Assembly: GCA_001938485.1 (NCBI GenBank)
Contig: MQRK01217620.1
Span: forward strand, 1-64,000
Origin: Girardia tigrina
Lineage: Eukaryota
Direction: 5' to 3'
Length of the DNA: 64,000 nucleotides
The notes under the pieces are model-generated. The model did no database searches. It was not told the origin of the DNA and was given only the letters and a program-made list of their open reading frames with translations. Every line of letters starts with the position of its first letter. The stretch's first letter is position 1. The position numbers and the translations under genes are program-made. Below, piece after piece: positions 24,113 through 37,345 of this stretch.

Positions 24113-24945
24113 TTTTGTGAAAAAAATAAAGAAAATCTGAACAAAAAAACATCAAAATAAAAGTAATTATTTTATTTATTATTCTATCATCATAAAATTA
24201 ATTTTTGATCTTTATTTTAATATGTCAATTTTGAGGTTTTCGATTGTGATTATTTCAAAACATTAATAAACATAAAAACTTTATAATAATGTTAAAACTC
24301 AAATAATGTTATAGCCGTTCTTATAATTACATGTTTCCAGCGGATTAGAGAGAACATTGAAACCAATTTAGAATGGAGGTGATTCAGTCTAATTGTGAAT
24401 ATTGCACCGAATTTGATGCTGTTGTAGTCAGCGGTTATCGGGACGTTGATGTGTCAGTCGAGTAATTATCCTTGAAATCCAATTCTGAAAGTATCACAGT
24501 CCTTTCCGAATCTCCAGTCTCTGTGATCGAACAAGATTATGTGTCATAAATGCCGGAAGAAATGTTAATCAGAGTGTTTTTCGAGTTTCGAATTGAAGAC
24601 ATTATCGACACTTAATTGTTCTGGTTCATTATATGTGTATTGTTTCATTTGATCGATCGAATTCCCACTGAAACAATTAGAATTGAATGATAAAGTGTCT
24701 TTCTTGAGCCTGTGTGTGTTGTTGTTTGTGTTGAAATAGATCGATTTGTTTATCACATGACCTAATCTGGTTGGCTGTTAATTGTTGTGACGTCTTTGTT
24801 TATTCGAATTGATTGATCGAATCGAATTTCTGTGAATTTTTAGTTTTGTTTATTCGAATTAATTTAATAACATTTATTTTAGCTCGAGACTTTTTATTGA
24901 GATTGAGATTCACCATCTTTTTTTTTAATAGAATTTAATTCCAGT

Positions 24946-25395
24946 TTGTTAATTGTCGAATATGAATCGGTCGAGTGGATTTTGGGAAGTGTTCCGAGAT
25001 TTTCGGAAGGAAAATTTCTAAAGAGATTTAATGTGATAATAACGGCATTCGATGTAAACTTCTATATTGTTGTGGTCGGCACGAATAACAGCAATATTTC
25101 TATCATTAATCGTAAAGCTAATTTAATGGAAAATGTTTTGCTGAAAAAAGATTGTGAGGTCTGTCAATTGAAAATTATTCGCATTGTCGACGTATTGATC
25201 GCCGTCGGATTCATTGATGGATCGATTTATATCTTGACGATTCCGTTAAAGGATGTTTTGGTTTTCTATGAAATGAGTCAGTTAGTTATCCCTGTCGAAT
25301 ATAAAGCTGCCGTTTCTTGTATGACATAGAGTAAAAATGCAGAAAAGCTTTTTAGTGGAGATATTTCGGATTTGTTATCTGTGTTGAAATTAATT
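24946..25395 (+). pseudogene. TECPR2: TECPR2-like WD40 N-terminal fragment with in-frame stop
   Basis: ITAFDVN..VVVGT...LIAVGFIDGSIYIL...AVSCMT*SKNAEKLFSGD parallels TECPR2 LTALDTN..IAVGS...LVAAGTASGRV...ITALAWSPNGMKLFSGD. TAG replaces the conserved Trp. Confidence 0.7.
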
Positions 25396-25485
25396 ATCAG
25401 AATAAAACAGTTTCTACCTATGAAATTTGTAAAACAGCATCGTTAATCGAAAAAGGCAATGAAGCGTATAAATCGTTGAATTTAC

Positions 25486-25939
25486 TGTCGCGACACGGTT
25501 ATTTCGATGTGACCAAGAATTGTCTCAGTAACATCTATTCAATCTACATGGATCCGCACCGTGAGATATTTCTCAAATATATCATCGGAAACATTCTCGA
25601 TTCCCCATCGATAGACAGTTCTCGAATCTCATTCATAATTGGCACCGGCGACCGACAAGTGATCCAGCTGTCGGTATGCCTCACTCTACCCGTGAATTTT
25701 ACGGAAACGCTGTGTGCCGTTGCCCGTTTCTCGATGACCAGTAAGTTCTGTATCGAGCTCTATTTTGTGTATCTGGTGGCCGACACAATGCAGATGATAA
25801 TCGGCAACGGACTCCCATCAACCGAGCCCATTGGGGTTTACAAATCAAAGGTATTTATTTGTACCTCCCCGCGACCCGAATTCCGCCTCACAACGCCAGC
25901 GTGCCGCAGTCACGAAACCACTGCGCCTGCTCCGTTACC
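25486..25939 (-). mobile_element. Possible short GC-rich solo LTR
   Basis: GC-rich island bounded by TGTCGCGA and CGTTACCA, with AATAAA on the minus strand. No TSD found. Confidence 0.3.
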
Positions 25940-25984
25940 AACCAGTATATTTCAGAGCACTAGTTATCTAAAATTATATATATG

Positions 25985-26820
25985 AGTTTTCGATCTATTT
26001 TCCAATACTTGCAATTATTTTTCCTATCTTTGCAATCAATTTTCCAACTAAGGTTACGTAACCATCTTTTTTTAATTTTCTGGCAATCAATTTTCCAATG
26101 ATTTAATTTTAATCAATAAAATCAATAAAAATTAATAAAATTACATAAAATCAATAAAATCAAAATTGTTTTAAAACATTTTTTGATTTTTTATACATGA
26201 AAATTATAATAGAAGAAACAGTGAAATTTCTAAGGAAGACAAAGGAAATTTGTTATTAAATTTGGGTGGACCATTCAACAAAAGCAATTTCTGATGTTTT
26301 GGAGCTGAATTACTGAGTAGTTCAAAAAATTATTGAATATTTTGATAAAACTGGCGAAACAACTTCAAAGAAAAAAGGTGGTGATAGAAGATCTAAACTT
26401 GCGCTTTTGAAACTCATCAAGTTAGAGCCTGTGTGGATGAAAATTGCCTTCTTACCCTAAAAGGATTGAGTGGTAAGGTCATGGATCTTTTTGGATTGAG
26501 TATGTCTCAAAGCACCATTGACCGCTGTCTCAGGCAATTTCATTACACCTTAAAACAGATTACAATAACTCCTGCCCCACGAAACAATGGTAGTACCATT
26601 GAAAAAAGATATCAGTATGCTCAGAAGTTCAGGGAATATGAGGTAACTCATTGTGTTGAAAAATTAATTTTCTTAGATGAAGTTGGCTTTGCAGTGTCTT
26701 AGTGGTTCAAAAAAGGAAGGTCCCTTGTAGGTACATCTGCATTTGTAGAAGTTCCTGTAGTAAGAACTAGAAAATTTCTGTTCTTGCCGCCATGTATAAA
26801 AATTCAATGATTTTTAATTC
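25985..26820 (+). mobile_element. Truncated Tc1/IS630-like transposon
   Basis: KKGGDRRSKL, SQSTIDRCLRQFHYTLK, RNN..TIEKR, LIFLDEVGF (first catalytic D), GRS..G; stops and frameshifts present. Confidence 0.75.
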
Positions 26821-27544
26821 AATGTTTGTCAACAAAAGGAAGCAGAATATCAAAAATGTGCTAATGCACTTGAATAGAAACATATATAGGTACATTCAGA
26901 TTCCATATCAACACTTTCGAAAAAGTGCTGAAATATCGATTTTTCGTACATATGTGAAACCCATATGTTATATGTATTTTATTTACCATCAAACAACACT
27001 TCATGAATCGTCTTATGTACCTCATCAACAATCACAAGTACCTTGGTTACCGTAACCAAGATACATAACCTTTTATATTATATGTAAAAACGACATGTAT
27101 AAAACTCATATTATACTTAAAACGTGCATAGACATTATACATAACATGTACATGATCAGCTAAAGTACCTGAGCCTATGCATCACCCATCAAAAAAACCT
27201 TAGTTACCATAAACAATCCTGACAAAACCTGGTATTGTGTTCTTCCCACGTTAATTAATGATGATCTAATGTTAAATAAGCATTTTTTTCTTTGTGCTTT
27301 GTTTGAACAGCAATGCATTTTAGGTCTAGAAATTACACCCACACATTATAATACATTTGCAACACTTATTTAACTTACTCAAATACATAATGTAATGGAT
27401 TAAATATATATTGTCTACAGACATTATGCACAAATCTTTAATCAAGTACTCATCATTATTATCCTCAAATCTCTCAAAATAAATAAAGATATACATTTTT
27501 CAACAATAATAATTTATTAACATAGCAACTTTGTTTATAACAAT

Positions 27545-27865
27545 TGACGTTTAAGCCAGTTTATACAATAATTTCCACATAGAAATGTTAGTGGATTTTG
27601 ATACATTACATCATTATATATGACAGGTTGTTGCATTCGTTCCAATTTTGTAACCAACGTTGATGTCACCAAGTGGATCGAATACTCGAATAAGATCTTA
27701 AGTCATATGTACTACAATCCAGTGTTCTGGTAAATTAGCATTCTGAGTATTAATTAAATATCCTCCATCGAGTAGATAATCTGGAACATTATCCAACGAA
27801 TATACTCAACGGAATGGAGGATTTCCTTTCAGTACTTTTTCAATCTGATATGTACTATATATGTA
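27545..27865 (-). pseudogene. Polinton/Maverick adenain-like cysteine protease, decayed
   Basis: VYSLDNVP..GYLINTQNANLPEHWIVV..VFDPLG..YNDVMYQNPLTFLCGNYC carries the His, Asp, Gln and Cys motifs of adenain. Internal stops. Confidence 0.8.
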
Positions 27866-27959
27866 AATATAAAAAGTTTAGATACAACTTACTTCATATA
27901 GTATTTTCTGTTCGTATTTGCTGTTTACAGTTCTAATACTGTGTTTATACAATAACTGT

Positions 27960-29172
27960 TCCATCTTTTCGTATCTTTTTTTGTATCTCACTATCAAATA
28001 CTCCATATACATACATTGTAATTGCTTTATCTTATGGAATGCCTTATGGAATTTTAAATTCAATTTTAAATTGCCTGTTCGTGGCATTTGTATTTGATCA
28101 ACATCAAAATCAGGTGTCAAGACAAATGTAAAGTAGGGGAATTTTGTTTTGAAATCATCCATAGTGATTCCATTATTCATATTTTTATTCACGAGTACCA
28201 TGTTCAATATTATAGACTTGTAGTATGCTTCAGTAAATTCATTCTTTTCAAAGTCAATTTTATATGAATCTATATAATCAATTCCTCGAGATAGGGTTAG
28301 GGAGCCAATATTACAGTTGTCAAATGCTGAGCAATATGATGCATAATATCGACTAACTTCGTTACTATCTTGAAATGTTACCAGCACAAATTTCGGTAAA
28401 CGTTCATCATTGAACAGATTGTCCTTATATTCACCATGTGATCCTTTAGAAATTGAAAACTGAATAGTTCTTGCTTTTCGAATGGGATATATAGAATTTT
28501 GATTATCAAGACACATAATATGAGCCAATCTTACTGATTCTGTTGTACGAACACGTCGTATTAATAACTTTGAACTCTCAATATATTTGAGGCATAATCT
28601 CTGTTCCAGTACCACTCCTTTCATATTGAAAGATAACTTTACTTTCATTTCGATGAATCTTGATTGTTATATTGATATTTGGTATGAGATATTTCGGTTG
28701 CTCAAAAAAGTCCAAATTTAACGGTCAGCATAATATCATCAAGGTTGATTTCTGCAACCATTTAACACTTTCAGTTGCCTCACCACACTTTTTCGTATCT
28801 GAACTTAGATTTAATGTAGTATCAATGATAGCCTTTTGATAATAACTATCATTAGTATCCTCAATCTTTGTATTGTTGAGAAACACGGTCATATCTTTAC
28901 ATAAGCAATGAAAGAGGTAATTGCTCTGGGTTAATTTGGAAATGTCAACAGTAATGTCTTTTCTTGATTCATCAACTGCTTTTATTTTAATGGTAAGCAT
29001 TATATCATTCATATCTATGTATTCATCTTCACTACCGATAATATCAAACTCTATGAGATTTATTATACCCACTAATACTATCCTTAGGGTAAATATCTTC
29101 AAAAGCATATGATTATATAACATCTTGTGGCGGAGCTGCACTAAATATGTCCAATTCCGATTTGGTACTCAT
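27960..29172 (-). pseudogene. Polinton/Maverick (adintovirus-type) major capsid protein, frameshifted
   Basis: MSTKSELDIFSAAPPQ, IEFDIIGSEDEYIDMNDIMLTIK, NYLFHCL..VFLN, DNLFNDERLPKFVLV, FTFVLTPD, RTGNLKLNLKF. Confidence 0.85.
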
Positions 29173-31642
29173 TCTGAGAATATATTTTTCATACGTTTTG
29201 TTTCTTTGTTTATATCTAAACCTTTCCTTTTTCTTCCTCCACCACCTTGATCCATTATTGAAACAGCCTCACGAAAAGCACCTTTAGCATTGGACTTAAT
29301 TTCTGGTAATATATCAGCAGCAGCTTCCTTCAATATGTTACGACACGACATTTATATCACCTTACATATAGCACAAAGAATAAGGGAATAGTCTAACTCG
29401 ACTATTCCCCAGTATGTTTAGATAGGCCCCATCTAACATAGTTAACCTCATGAACCTTAAAGGCTCAGAAATACCACGTCAGACGGAGCCGAAGACTCGA
29501 ACCACTGCCAGATGATCGTAACTCATGTGAGGACCTTAAGAACCCTATAAAATAACAGCATTATTCAAATACCTTAAATTAATTAATAAAATTAATTACT
29601 GGAAAGTGCAAGCGCACTAGAGACCCGTGAATCAGCCATCTGCTGACTTCCGCGACAGTTGATGATAGGCAGCCTCGGATCGCGAACCTATAAACAAAAT
29701 AAATCAGAAAAACAGAAAGACCCCTCCCAACGATACCTTTGTAAACATGATAACCACAGACGGACGTCGGAGAATTAACGACAACGGCAGCGACATCCTG
29801 GACGAGTAACCTATAGATTAACAGATGTCAGATAAACAGTCGTCAATGAAAATGTCTAGCTTGCAATGATGATTTCCCCCGTTCCTCCCACTGAAAAATC
29901 CTGTCACTGAATAGCGGATAAACATCTGTCACACCTGTTGTTGATATTTCGCTGTAGATGAGCAATTTTATCATACAGTAACGACCCCCTCCCTTCCATC
30001 TTATCACTTAACAGGATATCGGCGAACAAACACATGTCAACAGACACATACAGATTACCCGAACGCGTCGGACAACGTATGCGTCTAATTAGATATAAAT
30101 ACTCGATGCATCTTTGCATGCAGGCACACAAAAAACGCACCTTTTACCAATATTTACGCACTTTTATACTACAATTTTATTTTACAATTTATAATCATAA
30201 ATTTGAACTATTCCTGACGATTATATCACGCAATATTTACTATCTATCAATAAAACGGAACAATTAGTGACTAGCAAGTATGATCTGTTCTTGAGTTTAA
30301 TTTTAATTTTTTATTCTGTTTATTATATTCCATTCTCATTTGATTTATACTCTCATTCATTTTGTTATTATTATCTCTTACAAACATTAAATATAACTTA
30401 TTAAAATTATTCCTTTTATTTAATCCGTATTTGGTTAGGAGTTCAGTAGATTTTATTAGAGCTATGTACTGCTACTTGATTAATTAGAGGTTCGAAAATA
30501 TTGAAATTTATCGCTGGTCTCTATCTACCGCTCCATGAGGGGGTTCCGAAGAGGAGTTTTGAGATGAATAACGATCTTAGATTGAGTACTGATCGTGTGA
30601 GAGACGTGACGAAAAGGGGTAGAGGTATGACAGGTGAGTGTGGCACACTGGCAACAAGAGAGACCGCGATGTAAACGTCGAGGTCTTATGTGTACATAAT
30701 GTAGATAGAACTTCAAATAATATGTGGTAGAATGGTTTGTCGAGTTGTTTTATTTAAATTCCTCCTTAATTGGAATAATTCTAGTTTCGATGTAATTTCT
30801 ACACTAAGAATTATTAATAACTTTTCTTGAACAAAAATAATTCAGCGGATATGTGAATCCTAACTATCGTTCTAGTTTAGTTTGCGCTTAATCTCAATGT
30901 AAAAATTTATTTAAATGAATTACCTACGGAGTATTTCATGATGAATAATAGTAAACATTATATACACATTATAACTATAAACATATTCGAAAATCCATAT
31001 CTTAGTGATAACGTCGTGAATAAAATGAAGACTAAAATAAATTGAGAATCGTTATTATAATCAATGAAAACTATTGGTAGTGACGAAGAAGCTTTTGGAG
31101 ATGTCGAAGGTCGATCACGAAAGTTCGATTGTCGCCTATTTCCTCGAGGCTCTCTTCGTCTGACGTAATTAATAAATGAATACATCAAAGTACTTACGAA
31201 TAATGGAAAACAATATCAACCCCTCGGGCAACACCCGTTACTGGTTAGAACCCGAAAGCGCTCCAAAGCGCATAAAACTTGTTGATATGTGTGGAGCAGG
31301 CGCGTCCGTTCCCTTAAGTAACGAATTCAAAGCGTGCATGAGTTGCCGTTGAACTCAAAAAACGGATGGGGGCTCTGAGTCAACAAAAATGTTGTCGAAA
31401 GAGGGGAACGCGACAAATGCTTCAACAGGCTTTTTAGTACGATTCAAGATATTTTTACCAGCACGTAATATTGCTTTACCAGCAATCTTTGCTACAGGTA
31501 TACCGAATTTCCTCATTATAGGAATTGCCTATCTGCCTAATGTAGCCTTCCAATTACCTCCATACCGTTTACCTCTAAAGTATGGAAGATTACCACCCTG
31601 TAGAGGACCACAATACATTCGTACAATATCTCTATCAATCAT
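29169..31642 (-). pseudogene. Polinton basic core (pVII-like) protein split by E3 (31642-31416 plus 29335-29169)
   Basis: The joined halves read MIDRDIVRMYCGPLQGGNLPYFRGKRYGG...KPVEA-LKEAAAD...DQGGGGRKRK...NIFSE*, with QGG/GG motifs. Its stop overlaps the MCP ATG (ATGA). Confidence 0.7.
29336..31415 (+). mobile_element. E3: divergent 2.08-kb solo-LTR-like element
   Basis: TGTTACGA...CGCGACA ends; TSD AATA/AATG (1 mismatch). Removing it restores the Polinton ORF. TATAAATA at ~30094; 3' end shares GAACCCGAA, GCGTCCG and TGGGGGCTC with E1, E2 and E4. Confidence 0.8.
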
Positions 31643-31745
31643 GTAGTTTCTTGAAATGTAAAGTTAATATAGTTTTTGCTCCAAAACTAATCTCAATAGG
31701 CCTCCAACTATCATCACGAATATTAACTTCAATTTTGCTTATACA
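31635..31745 (-). pseudogene. Polinton minor capsid (penton) C-terminal fragment
   Basis: KIEVNIRDDSWRPIEISFGAKTILTLHFKK matches the usual penton end IEI.IRD..G.P..F..GK...TLHF. Cut off by a hAT end. Confidence 0.65.
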
Positions 31746-31751
31746 TATGGA

Positions 31752-32568
31752 TAGGGTTGCCAGATGTCCGGTTTTGAACCGGACAGTCCGTTAAGTCAAC
31801 TGGTTGTTCAGTATAAAAAAATTATAAAAACCGGACTTACATTTGACGGTATTTCTCCCGAAGCTTATTTCCACAATCTTCAAATATGAGGTAATCGTAT
31901 TTTTTTATTTTTTTGGTCGCTCAAAGTTTTGAAGGACAAATAAACATTCCTAAATGGTAATTTTTTTATAGTAGTGGGCTATGGATAAATTTATTTTGGT
32001 TTAATACGAAATACAAAATATTAAAGTATTAATTCAAAGTTTTCTGCTGGTGATAAAGGGATAAATTAAATAATAAATTTTGTGGTATTTAGAGTTTGAA
32101 CTATTAAGTGAAAACTTTAATATTAAATTTGTTTTTTTATAATTTTTTTTGCCTCAAAAAAACACATTGAAGCTGAAACCGTTGCAACTTCTTCTCAACG
32201 ATTAACATCTTTCTTTGCATCGAAAGATAATTCCCAAAGCGATGCAGTAGCCCTCGCTGAATTGTTGCATATTTATCATGGTGTAAAACACCATTTATCA
32301 TACTTGGCTCAGGAATGTGGAATTAAAATTATAAAACAGTCCTTTTCTGATTCTCAAATTGCTAAAAATGTTACAGCTGGAGGTACAAAAGCTTCGGCAG
32401 TTGTACAAAATATTTTGTACCCTTTTTCAATTGAACTTGTGATAGAAGATTTTAAAAACAACGTACCGTTTTCTATTGTTACGGACGCGTCGAACAAAGG
32501 TAATCGTAAGCTATTTCCTGTGGCAATTCAATTTTATTCTTTACAAAATGGATTGAGCTTTAAAATAT
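31752..32568 (+). mobile_element. 5' part of a hAT (Blackjack-like) transposon
   Basis: Terminus TAGGGTTGCCAGATGTCCGG; transposase fragment YHGVKHHLSY..FSDSQIAK..TKA..FSIVTDASNKGNRKLFPVAIQFY. Truncated at E4. Confidence 0.75.
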
Positions 32569-32569
32569 C

Positions 32570-34562
32570 AATCGGGACCGGAGCGTCTAACAATCAACCG
32601 ACGAGCAAGCGATTCATAACCCGAAAGCGAGAACCCGAGAATTTCCGGCGCTAGGACGAATACCCGATTCAGAGCTAAACTAACGCCAGGGGAACCCAAT
32701 TACGCGTTGATACACGAAGTCCGACTACATTCCTCCGCGACCGATTTTTCTACTGGGCACAATTGTTATTGTCGATGTAAATTTAATTTTTGTATTTATT
32801 TGTCGTTTTATTATGAATTTCAATAATTTATATATTTATGAGTTTTGTTTATTTAACATTTTATTTAATCATACTCTATAGAAGTAGCTTACCTTTTCAT
32901 AGAAAGAATTAAATAGCGCCGTCGCCGCCGCCGACCGTCGTTCCCGTTATGAATTCTCACGTTACGAATCCACTTATCGAGCGTCTAGAGAATATTCTGG
33001 GGCTCCTCCCCGAGTCCGAGGTAGATGAGAACAACAATGCATTCCGAGCCGCATTGCCACTAATTATTATCGACGTGAGGTCGATAGCCCTGAGCGAGAT
33101 GCTCGAGTCGACTGGGCCGCACCATTTAGACTAACGGCGCGGAAGCTGCCCATCAACATTATGACTTAATAAATAAAGTTTTATAAACCGCAGTTTAATT
33201 CTTTCGTTCGATTTAATACTTACTTCAATTTTGTAACTTTAGGAATTTTATTAGTGAATTTTTATAATGAATATTAACACAAGTTTTGTTATTGAGTCTT
33301 TAATATTAGTAGTGAACTTGAATATCAGTTTTATTAATGAATGTTCGAGAGTATTTAATAGACGTGAAAACAAATTTAATTCGTGAATATGTAAGGGTAT
33401 TTAATCAATAATAAGCGGGAGTATAAATTTGCTAGCGAGTGTTTAGAACTATTTTAGCGCAAATAAGAAGCTCGAGTGAATTTTGTATTTAGTTTTTTTG
33501 TGTTACTAACAGCTCCTCTCTTAATTATTTTAATCAGAAAGGTTATAAATACCTTGGTTCGTAAATCCCGCAGTAACTCATCAAACGTTATGAATATAAT
33601 CCGTTCAACGGCAAGTATCATTTAAAATATTACTTAAGGTCGTTGATTAAAGTAAGGCATTAAAACAAATGCGAAGTCAGTCAATTTTAAGAAATTCGTC
33701 TTTTACTGATAGTTTTTCTTTTGCGATTTGATTACTATCGAGAGGTATTTCATAAAAAAAATTTTTTATATAAATACATATAAATCATAAATTGAGAAGT
33801 TTTACAGAATATTCTAACATTGGCCGAACGGAACTTAAATTCAAATTATCGTTAAATTCTTCTAGTTTCCTATTTTATTTTAATGATTTTACCACTAATA
33901 TTTTGGCGGGCTTCTCGACTCAATTAACAATTGTTAAGAACCAAGCGATAATTCCAAGGTTAATTCAATTTAAAACTCAGACGTTATCTGAGTTTCATCG
34001 AGTCATGCAGGGAAAAGCGAATTAAAGGGTGGGTATACTCGTGAATAGTTTAACGAGTTAAGCAATAATAAAATTTCAAGAACCGCCGATGTTAAGGAAC
34101 AGATTTGACAACAGGGCGTGAGGCGTCTGCTGTCGATAGCTGACCGATAAGATACTGTCGTACAACAAATTGAGTGGTGCGGATCTATTATACGGTTATA
34201 GCGAACCTTGACAACTTATATGTTTGAGCGCGTAAAAGTACAGAAATATTATCTCATAAAACACAATAGTACCACGACACATAAAGGTATAAGATACATC
34301 ATCCCCGAGCGACACTTTGCTAGGTGGGGGGCCCATAGCCCATCCAATCTTTACCCGAACCCGCAGGCCCTTCAGACTCGGCACTGCCAGGCAGATGTCG
34401 AGCGAGAAGAGGCGTCCGACCCATAAATAACTATATTGCATCATTGAGTATTAAAAAGTAGCATACGAATAATATAAACTGAAATCGGGTTGTGACTGAC
34501 CCTTAATAGTCACTGGGGGCTCCGAGCAAACCAAAACTGCTACAAACAAGTGGGTCGTGACA
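32570..34562 (+). mobile_element. E4: 5'-truncated copy of the long-LTR family
   Basis: Contains the sORF (32949-33134) and the conserved 3' region ending GGGTCGTGACA. Confidence 0.8.
32949..33134 (+). CDS. 61-aa small ORF of the long-LTR family (E4 copy)
   Basis: LIIIDVRSIALSEM motif; GTCGCCGCCGCC leader just upstream of the ATG. Confidence 0.55.
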   Translation: MNSHVTNPLIERLENILGLLPESEVDENNNAFRAALPLIIIDVRSIALSEMLESTGPHHLD

Positions 34563-34595
34563 AATCTCACTGGTCCGTTCATCGGGCACGCCATT

Positions 34596-35114
34596 GAGGA
34601 CATCGGATTTTTCTTCGACCTGCATCATTGTGACACTCGGATCAATTTTAGGTGGAAGTGGAATATGAATTTGATATTTAGCATGGTCGATTTCCACTCT
34701 CATTCTCTCTTCAATGTCGGTTGGAGCGACAGTTTCAGCCAAATCAACGAAAAATTTAGCAAATTGTTTCACATCAATAATATAATTAGGTTCTTCACTG
34801 TCAGCATTAATAATTTTTGTGCATCTCATTTCTTGCAAAGGATGTCCGCTCGATAAACAAACTTTATCCGCAACCAAGTCCCATAAAGCCGGCGCTTCTA
34901 ATCCCGTGTCCGATTTCTCAACTCCCGCCAATTCATTGACTCGTTTCAAGATACTTTGATTATCATCTTCACATTGTTTTATTTCTTTACTATATGGCGC
35001 AGCACCATAAGTTTTCAACAAGGCAATAATATCTCCTTCATCGAGCGATTTAATTAGTTTTTTATCCTTATCATCTTTTAATTTTCTCTGATCATTTCCC
35101 AGATAATCAGGCAT
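34596..35114 (-). pseudogene. PSMC2: Truncated 26S proteasome ATPase subunit 7 (Rpt1) N-terminal copy
   Basis: [86 protein letters not shown]. Stops before the AAA domain, has substitutions at invariant residues and is intronless over this span. Confidence 0.9.
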
Positions 35115-35443
35115 TTGCTCAATAATATCTCTTTAAAAAATGGCTGCTTTTAACTCAAATTCAAAATATCACTGCACCAAAAAATTTATTTATAATCAAA
35201 TTAATAATATTATTCGATTAAAACAAAATCGAATTAACCGAATATTTTTTTCGGAAAAACAAATCAACACCAAAAAAATCATTATCATTTAATTCAAGTT
35301 ACTCCCAGATTGGCCAATCTATTTTTAGATTGGCCAATCGTGGGTCGTCTATTTATAGACCGAATTTTGAGTAGAATTCCGTTCCACAGTGTCATTAAGA
35401 AGAGTTTCAGGGTCACAAACATCCAATAGATATATATATATTC

Positions 35444-37280
35444 CGTGGTGTGGATTTCATTCTAGTTTATTTGGATGACATTCTCATCGGCAGCGAAAAC
35501 ATAGTGGAACACAAAACACACCTTGCAACTAGATTACAAATCCTTAAGACGAACGGGTTAAATCTCAATTTAAAAAAAATGTGAATTCAACAAAACTCAA
35601 ATCAATTTCCTTGGACATACGATCGAGAAGAATACAATCTATCCTATCAAAGAGAAAATCGAGGCAATAAATTCAATTCCACCTCCCAAAAATGTTCAAG
35701 AAATCAGAAGATTTTGTGGAATGGTAAACTTTTACCACAAATTTATTCCAAATTGTTCAAACATCCTAGCTCCACTCACTGACATGATTAAGAACAAAAC
35801 CAAACTCCAAATAATTCATTGGACAGAGGAATCGATCAAAACATTCAATCAAATCAAAGATGAATTAAATAACATCACAAAATTACATATGTTACAACCA
35901 GATAGTAATCTAACGTTAACCATCGAATTTTGGGATAGGTGCAGCTTTAACACAAACTCATGACAACCAAGAAGTTCCAATATCATTTTTTTCGCAAAAA
36001 CTTAACAAAACGGAAAGTCGTTACTCCACTTTTGATCGTGAATTGTTAGCAATACACAGATCAATCAAACACTTCCAAGATTATCTTGAACATCTAACTT
36101 TTACAATTAATACAGATCACAAACCTTTGACAAATGCATTAAACTTAAAAAATCCAAGTCCAAGACAACTTATACAAACATGTTACATCTCACAATTCAA
36201 CTGTAACATAAAATACATACCAGGTAAAACAAACATCGTGGCAGATTTTTTGTCCAGAAATATGGTTACTACAATAAATTTTTTCAATTTTTTAGACATT
36301 AAAGATTTAGAAAATAAACAAGACTCCACAATAATCGAATGTAAAGACCAATCTTTCATCTTAAAGAAAATTAAAAACATCTGGTACGACAAGTCAATAA
36401 CGGGAACCATTAGACCATTAATACCTGAAGAATTAAGATCTTTATGCATCAAAAACATCCACGAACTCGGACACTATGGTTTCAAAGCAACTTACCATAT
36501 ATTAAAACACCAAGTCTGTTGGAAAAATCTCAGAAGACATAAAACAATTCATTCGAAACTGTACCATTTGTAACAAGAACAAAATAACCAAGAGACACCC
36601 TATAAAAAAATCAATTACGTTGAATTAAACAAATTAGAACATTTACACTTAGATCTAACAGGTCCACTTCCACCAAACAGAAATTATAAATACTTATTAA
36701 CAATCATAGATAGAACAACCAACTGGTTCGAGATCATCAAACTCAAAGATATCTCTGCAAATTCCATCTGTAACAAATTCGAATCAGAATGGATAGCACG
36801 CTATCCACCACCAAAAAGATTAATTACAGATCAAGGGAAACAATTTTTATCAAAACAATTTCAAAATTTATGTGAAAAATTCAATATAAGGAAAATTAAA
36901 ACAACTTACAATCCACAATCAAACGGGAAAGTGGAAATTTTTCACAGATATTTAAAACAAACACTACGAACAAAATGCAACAACTCAGATTGGCTGGAGA
37001 CTTCCGGAAGTTTGTCTTGCACTCAGACTCAAACCAAATAGTCTTGATGATAAATCACCTTATGAGAAATTAGTTGGAGTAAGATTCAATTTTGAACTCT
37101 TTAAAAGAACAAGTGAAGAACATTCCAACAGCACTAACAAACAAACAGACGCAAAAACAGCATACGTCAAAATACAAAATACTAAGGGTTTTGACGATAG
37201 ATACGATGGGCCATACAATATAATTAAAACAGGCAAGAACACAGTAACACTCAATATAAACAACAAAGATAAAACGTAAA
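35444..37280 (+). pseudogene. Ty3/Gypsy pol remnant (RT, RNase H, integrase)
   Basis: VYLDDILI, RFCGMVNFYHKFIPN, RYSTFDRELLAI, TDHKPL, HELGHYG, HLDLTGPLP, ITDQGKQF, YNPQSNGKVE; frameshifted. Confidence 0.92.
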
Positions 37281-37345
37281 ATCTACGAAATATCAAACTA
37301 AACTAATACACTTATTGACACTCCGTTTTCCCAGGGGGGTGCTAA

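Noticed and set aside
30525-30716. sORF homologue in E3
   Set aside because: A GC-rich island lies at the equivalent position, but the ATG-initiated sense ORFs I translated lack the IIDxxSI motif.
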